Part shown: positions 40,889-51,707 of the stretch, piece by piece
Numbering within the stretch: the first letter of the stretch is position 1
How the letters are laid out: every line of letters starts with the position of its first letter
Virus record (IMG/VR): IMGVR_UViG_3300028558_000001
Span: 1-64,000 of that record
From: a virus
Length of the DNA stretch: 64,000 bases
Reading direction: 5' to 3' (one strand)
The notes under the pieces: generated by a model
What the model was told of the DNA's origin: nothing
Database searches by the model: none
What the model saw: the letters and a program-made list of their open reading frames with translations, nothing else
Made by a program: the position numbers and the translations under genes

Positions 40889-41989
40889 ATGTCATTTTCA
40901 CCTGTTCCCACTGTTAGAAAGACATATGATTTGTCTACAATTGATGTACAATCATTGTTAGAAATGATTATCATTCGTCGCCCTGCTCGTTATGAGGGCG
41001 ACGAAGAACTGATTGAACGTTTTCTTGACCCTATTGACGGGATGCAAGAAGATGAGCATGGCAATCGTATTCTAAAGATTGGCGATGCTCCTGTCATGTG
41101 GTCATGCCATACTGATACGGTTCATTCATCTAAGAGCTTCGACAAGTATCAGCGAATTCGTTTTGATAAGGGAATCATTTCCCTTGCGAAGGATGAGAAG
41201 TCGAATTGTTTAGGAGCCGATTGTACTGCTGGTATCTGGATCATGCTCGAAATGATTAAGGGCGGCGTAGAGGGCTTGTATATCTTTCATAGGGATGAGG
41301 AAGTCGGCGGTTATGGCTCTAGCTATGTCGCCAAGCATCATCTTGATTTGATTAAAGATATTAAGTATGCGATTGCCTTTGATAGAAAAGGAAACAGTTC
41401 TATCATCACGCATCAGGCAATGGAACGCTGTGCATCAGATGCATTTGCGGAGTCACTGTCCAAGCTTCTACCTGTTGGTTATCTTAAGGATGATGGAGGA
41501 ACGTTTACTGATACAGCTAACTATACTTCAATCATTCCAGAATGTACCAATATTTCAGTTGGGTATGATGATGCTCATTCATCAAAAGAGTCATTGAATG
41601 TATATGATCTTTTGAGACTTAGGGAAGCAATGCTTAAGTTTGATCATACACAACTTGTTTGTGAGCGTGATCCATCTATCACTGAATATTCAGAAGACTT
41701 CATGCGATATTCTACAAGAACTTCTGCATATCGTTCTTCTTATGGTTTAGATGATTGGGAAGATCGTGATGCTATTTGGAGAAAGCCAGAAGGAAAAAAG
41801 GTTTTCGATCTGACTCCTCATATTGAGGGTATTGATTATGAAGATTATGATCCAGATGAATATCCAAATATGGCATGTAGGACTCTTAAGGAATTCATTA
41901 CCACCTATCCAGATGTTGCTGCTGATTATCTAGAACAACAAGGATATGCGGTAGAGGATTTCTATGAACAATTTCCTTGGCTCGCTTAG
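40889..41989 (+). CDS. M20/M28-family zinc peptidase-like protein
   Basis: CHTDTVH, LGADCTAG, DEEVGG, AFDRKG, FTD, NISVGY..AH. Confidence 0.85.
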   Translation: MSFSPVPTVRKTYDLSTIDVQSLLEMIIIRRPARYEGDEELIERFLDPIDGMQEDEHGNRILKIGDAPVMWSCHTDTVHSSKSFDKYQRIRFDKGIISLAKDEKSNCLGADCTAGIWIMLEMIKGGVEGLYIFHRDEEVGGYGSSYVAKHHLDLIKDIKYAIAFDRKGNSSIITHQAMERCASDAFAESLSKLLPVGYLKDDGGTFTDTANYTSIIPECTNISVGYDDAHSSKESLNVYDLLRLREAMLKFDHTQLVCERDPSITEYSEDFMRYSTRTSAYRSSYGLDDWEDRDAIWRKPEGKKVFDLTPHIEGIDYEDYDPDEYPNMACRTLKEFITTYPDVAADYLEQQGYAVEDFYEQFPWLA

Positions 41990-42000
41990 GACATTACGGA

Positions 42001-42030
42001 TTGACAGGGAGGATGCAGTCTAGTTAGGAT
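42001..42030 (+). promoter_or_regulatory. Possible sigma70 promoter followed by a structured leader
   Basis: TTGACA-N18-TAGGAT; AACTGAC/GTCAGTT stem downstream. Confidence 0.4.
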
Positions 42031-42149
42031 ACGAAATGGGCGGCGATTCCAACTGACGGATAGCCTTAAAAGAATGTCAAGTCAGTTATGGTTTATCCCC
42101 CACGGCCATAGATGGACATGAAGCCCAAACAAAATAGAGGGGTTAGAGC

Positions 42150-42737
42150 AATGATTTGTTTTGCTTCTGCTGACTTTATTACCAAGTTCAATAAAAGAAA
42201 AGGAGTTAGGACATATTGTAATCCTTATTGTTATGATTGCAGAAACAATTGTTTCTCAATTGAAGGACCAAGCCTGTTCATGATCATTCATGATATTATT
42301 CTTTTTCTTGATGAAGAAAATAGGAATTATTCTTGTAGATCAGCACAATATGCTTTTGAAGATTTGATTGGTTTTAGGCTACATGCAAGTGAAAACAAAG
42401 TTATCTTGTATTGGCCTATGATACCGTTTTGTGAAGAAAAAAGAGGAGTATATAACTAGATATGTCAAACATGTATACTAAATCCGGTCAGTTAAGCGCC
42501 GCTGCTCTCAGGAAGGGCTATCAGCATAAAGCCGATGTAAATTATAAAGATCATAAGTTTTCAACAGTTCTTGAATTTGTTGATCACTATAATATGTATC
42601 GCGTCAGACTTGTTCAGAATGATTATAATAACCTTAATTCATGGCATTTTTATTCTGTAAGTGAAACTCGAAAACAGTTTGAAACCGTTTTGGAAGCAGT
42701 TGTTGATGCTGCTGAAAAAGAATATTTACTTGTATAA
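42150..42737 (+). other. Two hypothetical genes (42150-42459, 42462-42737)
   Basis: Consecutive ORFs. Confidence 0.65.
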
Positions 42738-42749
42738 TTGGAGTGAAAT

Positions 42750-43832
42750 ATGTTTAAGTTAATTTCTTCATATGCCAAAGCTGACTTCTTAGTTAATGAT
42801 GAATTAAAGTTATTTAGTAAGGGAAAGGACGCGGCAAGGGCTGCTGCCAATCTCCAACTCATCTATGCTATGAGCTATAAGGTTGCTCCTTATGTTAAGC
42901 CATCTAATGAATGGAAGGAACGTGAGCAAGAGAGATTAGATTCTGGTTATCATAAGAAGGTACTGCCAGAACTACAAAAGTATTGCTTACCAGAACATTT
43001 CGTCCATGTCTGTAAGAAGTCTCCTTCTCTCATTGCATATACTGCTAATGATTATAAGGGTGCGAATGACCTACAGACTCAATCCTCAATCTCTGGTTAT
43101 CTAGAGCGGTTTGCTCCATCTGTAAAAGCACAAGAAGTAGAAGTCCTACAAGAAGCACATGATACTGCTTTTGCTTTCACTGATTTAATGTGGGCAAAGA
43201 CTCCAGATGAAATCGTTGAGTGCTATACCAATTTCGATCCTGATACCAAGGGTGTGTCTGACTCCTGTATGAGGTATGAAAACTTTTACGATGAAGGTTT
43301 TGATGGAGATGATGAAGAAAGAGGATGGATCACTCAGGTTCATCCAGTCTATGTATATGGTGACTCTGATATTTCTATTGCCCATCTAAAGAATCTAGAT
43401 GGAAAGGTAGTGGCAAGGGCTGCTGTCTTTGAAAAGAAGAAAGTATATTCTCGCGTCTATGGCTCCAAGGAAACAACCAATAGGCTTCATCAAATTCTAA
43501 AGAAGAAGGGATATAACAAGTCTTCTGGATACTTTAGTGATGCTGGACTAACAGAGTCTTTATATGGTGCTATGCTTCCAGCTATTAAATGGGATACTAA
43601 GTGTAGGTATTATAGGGATCATTATAATTATAGGCATTCTGATGTTTATTATGTAATGCCATATATTGATGAAGAAGATATTGTTACCCTAGTTAAAGGA
43701 GAGACTGAGAAGGATGATTACTTCTTACTTGGTGATCAGTCAATCAAGATTGCTAAAGAAGGAAAGAAGTATTATCTACTAGGCGCTCAAAGTGCTGATG
43801 GAATTACTTCCTATCATGACTTCTCTAAGTGA
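42750..43832 (+). CDS. Paralog of 39384..40862 lacking the Cys-rich tail
   Basis: Shared EWK.REQ.RLDSG, LPEHFVHV, SCMRY, YSRVYG, MPYIDE. Confidence 0.8.
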   Translation: MFKLISSYAKADFLVNDELKLFSKGKDAARAAANLQLIYAMSYKVAPYVKPSNEWKEREQERLDSGYHKKVLPELQKYCLPEHFVHVCKKSPSLIAYTANDYKGANDLQTQSSISGYLERFAPSVKAQEVEVLQEAHDTAFAFTDLMWAKTPDEIVECYTNFDPDTKGVSDSCMRYENFYDEGFDGDDEERGWITQVHPVYVYGDSDISIAHLKNLDGKVVARAAVFEKKKVYSRVYGSKETTNRLHQILKKKGYNKSSGYFSDAGLTESLYGAMLPAIKWDTKCRYYRDHYNYRHSDVYYVMPYIDEEDIVTLVKGETEKDDYFLLGDQSIKIAKEGKKYYLLGAQSADGITSYHDFSK

Positions 43833-43875
43833 CTTTCCTCATTGCATTCGGAAAGAACTTCGTTGACTCTGTTCT
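43830..43875 (-). repeat. 46-nt structured element, copy B
   Basis: Reverse complement 44/46 identical to 17073..17118. Confidence 0.92.
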
Positions 43876-43891
43876 AGTTATTTGCTATAAA
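43863..43891 (+). promoter_or_regulatory. Sigma70-type promoter (sense)
   Basis: TTGACT-N17-TATAAA with TGn extension. Confidence 0.65.
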
Positions 43892-43939
43892 ACTTAGTAG
43901 GTGACTAGAAACAGTTACTATCTTTCTGAAGACATATGG

Positions 43940-43968
43940 ATTATAACAAGTTTTTAAAAGTGTGTCAA
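43940..43968 (-). promoter_or_regulatory. Perfect sigma70 promoter, antisense to local genes
   Basis: TTGACA-N17-TATAAT on the minus strand. Confidence 0.85.
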
Positions 43969-43996
43969 GTGTAAAAATCAATTATAGGAGAGAAAA

Positions 43997-44656
43997 ATGC
44001 TAGTAAAGTGTATTGATGTTGGAGATTTTCCTTCGGTACTTACTAAAGGTATGGTATATGAAGCAGAGGATTATCTATACAACAAAAAGTGTTATATGAT
44101 TCGAAATGATAATGGAATGAACGCTCCATATTATAAGTCACGTTTTGAAGAAGTAGATGTTAAGGAAACTAAAGTGCAAGTAAAGTGTATTAAAGTTGAA
44201 GAGTGGGGAACCCATCTTACTCATGGGAAAGTATATACTGCAACCATTGATGGTAAATATTATAAAATTACTAATGACCTTGGTAGAGACAACGCCGGGT
44301 ATTCTAAAGACAGATTTGAAGTAGTGAAGGAGAATGAAATGAAGTTTGAAGTGGGAAAGATTTATGTTACTAATAATGCAACTAAGTATAAAGTTGTATG
44401 TATTGATAAACCCGGTAATGATCCAATTCTTGCCTACGATGTAAAAGAAGGCTATGTATATACCTTTGATAAGGATGGATACAACTATTATCGTGGGACA
44501 CTCAAGGCGTATATTGAACCCAAGAAGTGGTATACTTATGTTTATCTGAATGATAATGGAACTCCTTTTTCTGTTACTTCTGAAACTAGACCTACAGGAC
44601 CATATTATGATGATCGGAAGGTAATTCATACCTTTGAGTTTGAGCTAGGGGGATAA
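43997..44656 (+). CDS. Protein with tandem SH3-like repeats
   Basis: VKCI...LT.G.VY...I.ND.G....Y.K.RFE occurs twice. Confidence 0.65.
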   Translation: MLVKCIDVGDFPSVLTKGMVYEAEDYLYNKKCYMIRNDNGMNAPYYKSRFEEVDVKETKVQVKCIKVEEWGTHLTHGKVYTATIDGKYYKITNDLGRDNAGYSKDRFEVVKENEMKFEVGKIYVTNNATKYKVVCIDKPGNDPILAYDVKEGYVYTFDKDGYNYYRGTLKAYIEPKKWYTYVYLNDNGTPFSVTSETRPTGPYYDDRKVIHTFEFELGG

Positions 44657-44704
44657 TCCTTCAAAAATAATTTGGGCCATAATCGCTTTTTTTGAAAATA
44701 AGTG

Positions 44705-44732
44705 TTGACGCGAAATTGGATTCATATATAGT
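44705..44732 (+). promoter_or_regulatory. Sigma70-type promoter
   Basis: TTGACG-N16-TATAGT with GATTC in the spacer; hairpin GGGG...CCCC downstream. Confidence 0.7.
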
Positions 44733-44797
44733 GAGGACATGGGGAACGAGATACCCCTACGAAATTCTAGTCAAAACTAACTCAGGAGAAATTGATT

Positions 44798-45769
44798 ATG
44801 GCCCATGAAATTGAAAACCTTAACGGTAAAGACTGCTTCGTTTTCGCTGGTCAGCCCGCTTGGCATGGCCTTGGAACGGAAGTTCCTTCCGACCTTACGC
44901 CACTCGAAATGCTCAAGATTGCTGGTCTTGACTGGAATGTGCTTGAAGTGCCGGATACTTATGAATGGCATGGCAAGCAGATTCCGAATGGAAAGAAGTC
45001 TCTCATTCGTGACATTGACGGCAAGTTCCTTACGTCTGTTTCGGATGCATGGAAGCCCAATCAGAACATCGAAGCTTTCAAGTTCTTTAACGAATTTGTG
45101 GAAGCTGGCGATATGACGATGGAAACGGCTGGCTCTCTCAAGGAAGGCAAGCTTATTTGGGCGCTTGCGAAGGTGAAGGATACCTTTGAACTTTTCAATG
45201 GGGATACTGTTGAAAGCCATCTGCTTTTCTCCAATCCTCATGAATATGGCAAGAGCATCAATATTCGCTTCTGTGCTGAGCGTGTTGTTTGCGCTAACAC
45301 GATGGCGATTGCTCTTTCTGAAAAGGCCAAGAGCTTCATTCGCTTCTCTCATCGTCGTGAGTTTGATCCTGATCTTGCGAAAGAACTGCTTGGCATTTCT
45401 CACGAATATATGAACAAGTACAAGGAAGCGGCTGCTTTCATTGGTTCCAAGTTCTACACTCCCGATTCGGTCAAGGATTACATCACTGAATTGTTCCCTG
45501 TTGTTCAAGCTGCCAATGCCAACGGCAAGCCCCGCAAGGAAATCTCCAAGACTGCTCGCCAGATCATGGAAGAAGTGATTGACTCTCAGCCCGGACGTGA
45601 GTTTGCTCGCGGCACCTTCTGGAATGCTTTCAATGCGGTTACGTTCTACACCAACCATCTTGCTGGTCGGACTCAGGACAATCGCGTGAACTCCCTCTGG
45701 TTTGGTGAAGCTGCCAATATCAATATCAAGGCTCTTGATCTTGCTGTTGAGTATGCTAAAGCAGCGTAA
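44798..45769 (+). CDS. DUF932/DUF945-family phage/plasmid protein
   Basis: MAHEIE, PAWHGLG, AGLDWNV, ETAGSL..GK.IWAL, RVVCANT, GTFWNAFNAVT. Confidence 0.85.
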   Translation: MAHEIENLNGKDCFVFAGQPAWHGLGTEVPSDLTPLEMLKIAGLDWNVLEVPDTYEWHGKQIPNGKKSLIRDIDGKFLTSVSDAWKPNQNIEAFKFFNEFVEAGDMTMETAGSLKEGKLIWALAKVKDTFELFNGDTVESHLLFSNPHEYGKSINIRFCAERVVCANTMAIALSEKAKSFIRFSHRREFDPDLAKELLGISHEYMNKYKEAAAFIGSKFYTPDSVKDYITELFPVVQAANANGKPRKEISKTARQIMEEVIDSQPGREFARGTFWNAFNAVTFYTNHLAGRTQDNRVNSLWFGEAANINIKALDLAVEYAKAA

Positions 45770-45771
45770 AG

Positions 45772-45819
45772 ATTAGCTTTACAGGAGGCATCAGAAATGG
45801 TGCCTCTCATAAAGTTAAT
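45772..45819 (+). repeat. Outlying copy of the two-tier hairpin
   Basis: ATTAGCTTTA/TAAAGTTAAT lower stem; GGAGGCATCA-GAAA-TGGTGCCTCT upper stem; SD follows. Confidence 0.8.
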
Positions 45820-45832
45820 ATAGGAGGATATT

Positions 45833-48800
45833 ATGAAGCTTACTGATTTTTGGTTTAACCTTGGTAAAGCAGAATCCGTTTATTATGTGTTCCCTGATGG
45901 AAAGGGAGGAGAAATTCAATTCTATTGTTCTGATAGATATAATCCTCTCCAAGGAACCATGAAGCTAAACGCTGATGATGAAATTGCGGCGGCTATGCGT
46001 GGAAATTGTCTTTATATTGGCGTGAAGGAATAAATCATGAATGTTCTCTATGATACTGTTCACAAGAGAGCACAAGATACTTTTGATAGAAACATTGCTC
46101 TAACAAAAGATAACTATAAAGTTTATGTCGATCATTGGTTTAAAACTGCCAATGATCTTCGAGAAGAAATGATTTCTGAGGGTCTACTCAATACAGTTAA
46201 AGAACTTGATGAGTGGATCGAATGGAATAAGAAGTGGAGTATCACAAAATGACCGAGAAAGAATTGAACGAAACGCTTGACTCCATGTGGGAATGGGTTA
46301 TAAAGGATGAAGAAGTTTCCTTGATCCTAGCGCGTGAGCACTTTGTTAGGGTTAACCGTTTGATCATGGAGGAAATACTTATGGAAGGAATTTATGGATG
46401 TTTGATCCATTGAGTCTTGTCGTTGGTATTGTTTTGGGTGTTCTGGGCTGCATCATTATTGCTGCTATCGGAATTTTCTATATTCTAAATGGCTTTGATG
46501 GAGATAGACGTGATTGATATTGCTTTTCTTGTCCTTGGCATTCTTGTAGGTATCGTCTTGGGTGCCTCTCTAATTATTAGAGGAATTGTGAATTTCTTTA
46601 ATAACAACGGTTAATGGAGATTGATATGAAAGTTGGTGATCGTGTCAAGCTGATCCGTGATGGCGGATATGATGATGTAGATGAAGGCGCAGAAGGTACG
46701 CTTGTCGAGATTGATGAGAACCAATACGCGAAGCCTTTCAATTATATGGTTGAGTTTGATTGTCAGAAGAACCTTGACCCGTTCCCCTGTATGAAGAATG
46801 AAATCAAGCTGGTTAAGGAAGGGAAGGCTATCAAGCCAGATCATTCTGCTTCTGCTTATGTTAAAGCAATGAATGATGTTCTCAATATGCTCAATAAGCA
46901 AGACAGAACTAATACTTCTGTTAATGCTGTTCTGTTTGATCTTGAATCAGAAATCACTGGCCTGATTCGTGAAGCCAAGAAGTGGGGCTAATCATGGCAC
47001 AGTCAATCGGTAAACATAAGATTCTTTGTGTTACTCCAAACATAACAATTTGGTCCAATCCAACTACCATTTACCAACGTAAGAACGGTACTTATTATGT
47101 GAATTGGGACAAACGTGTTACTATCACAAAAGAAAAAGATCACTTTCTTTTTTCCCCTAAGTATGGAATTAAACAAGGATATTATAATGAATAAGTTTAA
47201 AGTTAAGGATCGTGTCAAGCTGATTGTTAATTATGGTAGTGATGACTACCTTAAGAAGGGTACAGAAGGGGAGGTTACAGACAACAGTGCTTCCACTATG
47301 TACCCTTATCGTGTCAGGTTTAAGGACATGACTACTTCTATTCTTTGTGCAGAAGAGGAACTTGAATTGGTGAAGGCTAACGTCAATATTCCTTATATTG
47401 ACAATGTTATTGCTCATCTAGAAAATGAAGCTAAGCAGCTTGAGATTGGCGCGGCTTATGGCGGTTCATGGGGAGACGGCGGCGCATCTGAAATCCGCAA
47501 GGCTATCTATTATTACAAATGTGGTATGAATGGAACTATCCCTGTGAAGTGGGTGCCACTCCATGATCATTTTGTTAAGGTTGGGATTGATCCTGATTAC
47601 CAGAAATATATGGAACTAAAAGATAAGTATGGAGATTGATATGGCACAAGAAAAGAAAATGGTCGATAGACGAGTAAGGGAATTTGATCCAGATTGTTGT
47701 ACTCTGAAACAAGTCAAGGATGAGATTGAACGTCTAATCAAAGATTATGGTTATGATGCTATGATTAAGGAATATGAGGATGATTACTCTGATCATCGGT
47801 ATCTTGGTATCTATATCAAAGAACTAGAAACTGATAAAGAGTTTAATACTCGTCTTCTTCAAGAAGAACAATATAAGGCAAGACAAGAACAACGTGATCG
47901 TGAGACTTTTGAACGTCTCAAGAAACAATTTGAACAGAAAGGAAAATGATTATGGATAATGATACAGAACAGAAGGTTCGGAGCAAGGTACTGAACATTG
48001 TTACGTTTGGTACTTGTATCGCAGGATTTGTCTTAGGGGCTTGGCTTGGTTGGTTTGGGATTTTTCTCTCATTACTTTTCGGACTAGCTATTGGAACGTT
48101 TATTTCTCTTGTTCCTATCTCTGACTCATGTAAGTTTATTGAAGATAAGGAACCTCTAATTCCAGAGATTACTTTTAGTGGTTTTGGTTACAAGACTTCT
48201 ATTGGAGCGATTTATCTTACTCAGCCAAACCAGCCACAAGAAGGCGGTCGGAGAGGCTTCTATATTGAAGCTGTTCGGGATGATAAGCGTCAGGAAAAGA
48301 GAATGTATATTTCTAGGGAAGCTATGTTCCGCCTAATGGAAATATATCTCTATTCTTTTAATGAAGAAGATCGTAAATTTGAAACAGTGGAGAATGATTA
48401 ATGTTTATTATTGTTGATGTTAGTTCAGAAGAATTTATTTGTTCTGCTGATACTCTTGAAGACTTACAGAAGACCTTCAATGATCTTGTTGTTTGTGGAG
48501 ACTATGACGATCCATACTCAACATTTAGTATCTTTGAACAGAAGTTTGATATTAGGATCGCCAGAACTGCTACTTATATTCCTACCGCCGAAAGCGTAGA
48601 AGCCCTAATTACCAAGAAGAGGAAGTGAAATGTCTGAGATTGCAAGCCGAATTGAAATTGAAATTCCCGTCATTACTAAGGAAACTAGAATCCAGTTAAC
48701 CTTGACTGAGCGACAGGCCGAAGTTCTAAAGGCCATTCTTGGTTCTGTTACTGGTCCATCTAGTGGCCCGCGCGGTCAGACCGACGCTATTTACTATTCC

Positions 48801-49192
48801 CTAGAGAAACTTAATATTGGGCCAGTGGGACTATACAAGGATATTGTTATTGATGGTAATATGTCATTAAAGGGAAGCAAATGAAATTTGTTATCACAAT
48901 TAATTATTCAATTGAATGGGTTGGTTCATGGACGGAATATGTTCCCGTTGAATATGAATCCATTGAAGCTTTATATATTGATTTAAATACATCAATTGTA
49001 GCAGCAAAGAGACTACAGAATCAGTATTGGTTAGAGGATTGGAGCACTCGCGGTAAGGCTCCACCAGATACAATTACTTTTGCTGGAAAGAAATTTGATT
49101 TAGATTGGTTTGAATGGGATGATCCAGAGCCAATTCGTGAATATGAGATTAATACTCTGGATCATTGGTTTGATAATACTTACTTGGGCTGA
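45833..49192 (+). other. Block of small hypothetical genes (45833-46033, 46037-46252, 46614-46991, 46982-47194, 47187-47639, 47641-47949, 47946-48401, 48401-48628, 48630-48884, 48881-49192)
   Basis: Abutting ORFs; two begin with a K-V-x-D-R-V KOW/SH3-like motif. Confidence 0.7.
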
Positions 49193-49671
49193 TTATACTT
49201 GTCGCAATCATCTTTCTTATCGGAATAGATATTGCAATAAGTTTTGATCCAGTCTTTAGAAATCTGTTCCTGCGCCTGTTCCTTGGTAATGATACCGTCA
49301 CAGATCATTCTATGTAACTTGTTTTCAAGTTTATCTTTGACGTGAGCATTCCAAGGCATGGTCGTATAAGACTGAGGCCATAGATTTGTAATATCATTCT
49401 TTCCACCAATCTCTAGTGAGATTAGATGATCAATTTCAAATTTATCTGCTTTGGGATCAATAGAATATTCTGCAAATACTTTCTTCTTGGTTGAAGCAGA
49501 GACATTTCTAACAGAACCAGTATAGCCAGCTAGGCATAGCTGTTCATTGGTGACGGCAGTATCAATAACTCCCGGCGTTAGATTATGATCTGGAAGGATA
49601 GGAAAATCCTTGGCTGCTACTGGTGATACAAATAGTAATGAAAGCAATAACGCGGATAAAAATTTTGTCAT
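49180..49671 (-). CDS. Signal-peptide-bearing HNH-like protein
   Basis: MTKFLSALLLSLLFVSPVAA signal peptide; EIDHLISLEIGGKNDITNLWPQ core. Confidence 0.7.
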   Translation of the reverse strand: MTKFLSALLLSLLFVSPVAAKDFPILPDHNLTPGVIDTAVTNEQLCLAGYTGSVRNVSASTKKKVFAEYSIDPKADKFEIDHLISLEIGGKNDITNLWPQSYTTMPWNAHVKDKLENKLHRMICDGIITKEQAQEQISKDWIKTYCNIYSDKKDDCDKYNQPK

Positions 49672-49702
49672 AATTCCTCTTGACTTTGAAATGGGCATGT
49701 AG

Positions 49703-49710
49703 TATTTATG
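49703..49710 (-). promoter_or_regulatory. Late promoter variant (CATAAATA)
   Basis: 32 nt upstream of the lone inverted gene; same octamer precedes the homing endonuclease. Confidence 0.6.
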
Positions 49711-49954
49711 GGACAGTGAATAGGGGAGAAATTGGTATGAAATGTGTTTTCGCAGTTTGGTGTAGAGACGATTATGATTATACGGATTATGTATGGAAAC
49801 TTTTCTCTACTAGAGACAAGGCAGAAACATTCATTACCGAATGGAGAAAAAAGAATCCATCAGGTTCTGAACCACTTCCAAATTCCACTATCTATAATAG
49901 ATATGGTCTTTTCATTCATGAATTTAACCTAGACGAAACAGAGGATTAATTATA

Positions 49955-50458
49955 ATGAGAACAACTGACACACATGTATTTTTTTGGGGATCATTCTTAT
50001 CTAACTTTTATTATGCCCCATTTGATGTAGCATTTGAAGGTGAAACACTTCATTTTAAATCTTCTGAGCAAGCCTATATGGCTTCAAAAGCTCTGTTCTT
50101 TGGTGATAGCGCGGCCTTTAGGAAGATTCTAGACGCCTTCGATGCTAGAGAAGCCAAGGCCATTGGGCGAACTGTAAACAATTTCGATGCTATCGCATGG
50201 GATGAAGTCTCATATGAAGCGATGTTTTCAGCCTGTGTCGCCAAGTTCGCCAACAATATCATCATCCGCGAAAAGCTTATTGAGACTGGCGATCTAATTC
50301 TTGTGGAAGCAAGTCCCCTAGATTGCATCTGGGGTGTTGGCCTTCATGAAGATGATGATCTAATTCTTAATGAAAAGAACTGGAAAGGCGAGAACCGCCT
50401 AGGGAAGGTTCTTATGGAAGTCCGTTCATTTATGAAAGAAAGTTTTCCCAATGAGTGA
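49955..50458 (+). CDS. NADAR (YbiA-like) family protein
   Basis: FLSNFY, SSEQAYMASKA, AKAIGR, LVEASPLDCIWGVG, GENRLGKVLM. Confidence 0.92.
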   Translation: MRTTDTHVFFWGSFLSNFYYAPFDVAFEGETLHFKSSEQAYMASKALFFGDSAAFRKILDAFDAREAKAIGRTVNNFDAIAWDEVSYEAMFSACVAKFANNIIIREKLIETGDLILVEASPLDCIWGVGLHEDDDLILNEKNWKGENRLGKVLMEVRSFMKESFPNE

Positions 50459-50625
50459 TGAGAAATACAATACTATGACGCTAACAATTGTTATTATTAC
50501 TTTCATTATTGCATTGGTTGTTGGCGCAAGCTATTCCAATAACCAGAGCCGACAGGTTGGCATTGAATGTATCAAAGCTGGTTTTGAATGGAAGTTTGGT
50601 AATTGTATTAAAGGGGAGAAATAAA

Positions 50626-51707
50626 ATGGCAGTTCGAATTGGTAAGTATATTTCATTTGATGATGAAAGTCGTTCTGAGACTACTACGTTTAGTCCAACG
50701 ATTGGTAAGGAAATACTGGTTTCTTTTAAGGATAATGATGGAGAAACAGGTTCACGAATTATCTTGAGGAAAGACATTCCTAAGTTAATTACTTATTTAC
50801 AGGATTTTGTGGATGATTACTCATGAAGTTAAATGTTAATATTGATCATACCTGTACTTATTCAAAACGTTCTAAGGAAGCTTATGGAGATTGGCGAAGT
50901 GACTACTCTAATGATTTAGAGTCAGTTACTATTTCAGAAGATGGTTATGGAGAACCAATTGACTTTGAAGTTGAAAATGGTGAAGAAGTCTTTGTGGTTT
51001 GGGCTGAGTATTCTACTGGTGACTCTTTCGGGCGTTCTTCTGGCTCTTTTGATGTTGTTACCGTCTACAAGAGTGAAGACAAAGCTAATAAAGCTGCTAA
51101 GATTTTAACTAGTCCTGTATCTGATGGTAAAGATTATTATGAGTCATGGACAGTTGAATTAACTACAGAAGGCGGTAGCCTTCTAAAGTATAATCGTCCT
51201 TGGATGGGATACTTTGAACATTTAGAAGGGGTTAATGTAACCCCTGCTATCATTGGTTCTGGAAGAAAGGGACGGAGATATGTCTGATTTTAAAGTTGGT
51301 GATAAGGTAACGATGTATGGCTACCACCCTGTTGCAAATGACCTTGATGAAGCTTACAATGGTGAAGTAGGAACAATTGTTGATATTGGTTCATACATTG
51401 AAGTTCAATTTGAAGTAGAAATTGATGGATTAGATAATTATCTTCTATTTGCAAATGAAATTGAATTAATTGAACCTTTTGAATTTAAGGAGGCACTTTA
51501 ATGTCTAAGAAAATTGAATTTGATTTAACTGGTCTTGAAGTTTTAAAGATCATGAATTTTTTTAATAAGTGTAATATCGACACTGATACTGTTTGTGTTT
51601 CTGTTGATATTAATGCGTCAGATAATACTTATGTCTGGCCCATGATTTTTACTGAGATTGCGACTGGCAAAGCAGTAGATGTTACTGATTACCGGGAGGA
51701 AGTTTAA
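50626..51707 (+). other. Small hypothetical genes (50626-50826, 50823-51287, 51280-51501, 51501-51707)
   Basis: Overlapping start/stop codons. Confidence 0.7.

Noticed and set aside
31574-45658. Long minus-strand ORFs (31574-32410, 35353-36117, 36873-37634, 44777-45658)
   Set aside because: Antisense shadows of codon-biased plus-strand genes; no SD or recognisable motifs.
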